64,000 nucleotides of DNA, taken from positions 310,001-374,000 of the forward strand of contig NEEC01000026.1 in assembly GCA_002189035.1 (NCBI GenBank). The letters are read 5' to 3'. This DNA is from Utricularia gibba (Eukaryota; Plantae; Magnoliophyta). Each line of letters starts with the position of its first letter. The stretch's first letter is position 1. Of the stretch, positions 62,665 to 64,000 are shown in pieces. The notes under the pieces are model-generated. The model saw only the letters and a program-made list of their open reading frames with translations. It made no database searches and was not told the origin of the DNA. A program made the translations under genes and the position numbers.

Positions 62665-63268
62665 CGCCTTCCGCTAGGCTACAGAGAGCAATAAACGAAT
62701 TGATGATCCGGATCAAAAAGGAATGAATCGGTTAGTCCACATAGAAGAGTCACAAAGGAACAAAATCGATCGCGAATAACAGTGAGCAGCAGGAGATTCA
62801 GCGTCTCGCTCACCGAATCACAACTCCCGAGGAAGCAGATGAGGACTGACGGCGTGAGCGCGTGGGGATGGGAATTGGCTTCCTCCCACACTTATTTATA
62901 ATAAACCCAAGCGAGGGTCACGCTGAATTAAATACCCAATATTATTTCTGCAGATTTTAGATGGGGGATGGGAATTGGCTTTCAGAATCTTGGGTTTATC
63001 CTTTGTAGTTGTTGCTGGTCATTGCCTTCAGAATTTTTTTTTTTAATGCTTTAAGTCCCTCCCTGGTTTTGGATGCCGGTGACTTTAGTTGTGAAGGAAT
63101 TGGTTTGTTTATAGGAAAGATTAGATTTATTTGGACAGAAACAAGTCAAAACCGATTGAAATATTTCAATGATTCCGTTGGGAGTGCCTTCAGTTTGAAT
63201 TTTTTTTTGTTTTTTGTTTCTTGGCATATAAGTTGCAACTCATTTCAATGCTGTAATAACTTGCACAG

Positions 63269-64000
63269 GATATTGTTGCGTGTGACGTTGTTAATCCAGA
63301 CCACATAGATGTGAACTTTGATGCCATTGGTGGATTGGACGCTATTAAGCAAGAACTCTATGAATTGGTTATACTTCCCTTGAGACGACCTGAGCTATTT
63401 TCCCGTGGGAAGCTTCTCAGTCCACAGAAAGGCGTTCTACTGTATGGACCACCTGGCACAGGGAAGACAATGCTTGCCAAAGCAATAGCCAAAGAGTCTG
63501 AAGCCGTTTTTATCAATGTCAGGGTGTCTAGTTTGATGAGCAAATGGTTTGGCGACGCACAAAAGTTGGGTAAGTAGGCTGCCTGGTATATAAGTCAAGG
63601 TTCCCTGCTAAATAATTATTATGGATGGCCGTCGCTCTTAATTATAGCAAGTATTATTGTGTATGCTCAAAAATGCCCACTAGGCTCCCTAGTGTTTCCC
63701 ACATTATACTCTGCTCTATCTTTAGTAGAAACTTGTTCCGCTTGTTTTTATTTTATGAAGACGTATAGGGCATTAATGTTGCTGAATTGTGCGGCTTTTG
63801 AATGTCTCCCTCTCTTGAGATTTTGAAGTTTTCTAACTGTCTCACCCTTTTCCTTTTCTGGTGGAATTTCATGCACTTGCAGTGAATGCTGTTTTCAGTT
63901 TGGCGTACAAACTCCAGCCGTCTATTATTTTTATTGATGAAGTAGATAGCTTTTTAGGCCAGCGAAGGTCTTATGAACATGAAGCGATGACTAGCATGAA
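63269..64000 (+). CDS. Msp1/ATAD1-like AAA+ ATPase, partial; exons 63269-63569 and 63883->64000
   Basis: [36 protein letters not shown]; Walker A GPPGTGKT; [10 protein letters not shown]|[13 protein letters not shown]; Walker [11 protein letters not shown]. Confidence 0.92.

Overview
Angiosperm nuclear DNA, mostly nested transposon debris around islands of host genes. Host genes: mitochondrial uncoupling protein (+, 9 exons), Kazal-type protease inhibitor (+), RPL9 (-), a frameshifted gene of unknown function (At5g24500-like, -), CDPK-related kinase (CRK4-like, +, two 1-nt losses in C runs), cytochrome b5 (-), an Msp1/ATAD1-like AAA ATPase (+, apparently lacking its first exon, cut by the window end) and a DUF641/IRKI-like pseudogene (-). 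Repeats: two related Tat-type Ty3/gypsy elements, each with a spliced antisense extra ORF; Athila-like and copia remnants; five solo LTRs with exact 5-bp target-site duplications; a hAT MITE with an 8-bp TSD; a PIF/Harbinger remnant; a degenerate 5S rDNA dimer; and a plastid insertion (rpl33-psaJ-trnP-trnW-petG). The most novel-looking feature is a ~10.7-kb Mutator-like element with ~620-bp inverted repeats. Besides a decayed mudrA transposase, it carries a second intron-containing gene that appears to join a Transposase_28-like domain, a coiled coil and an FCP1/NIF (HAD) phosphatase-like domain, next to an array of palindromic repeats. All family assignments come from manual translation and remembered motifs; no database search was run.
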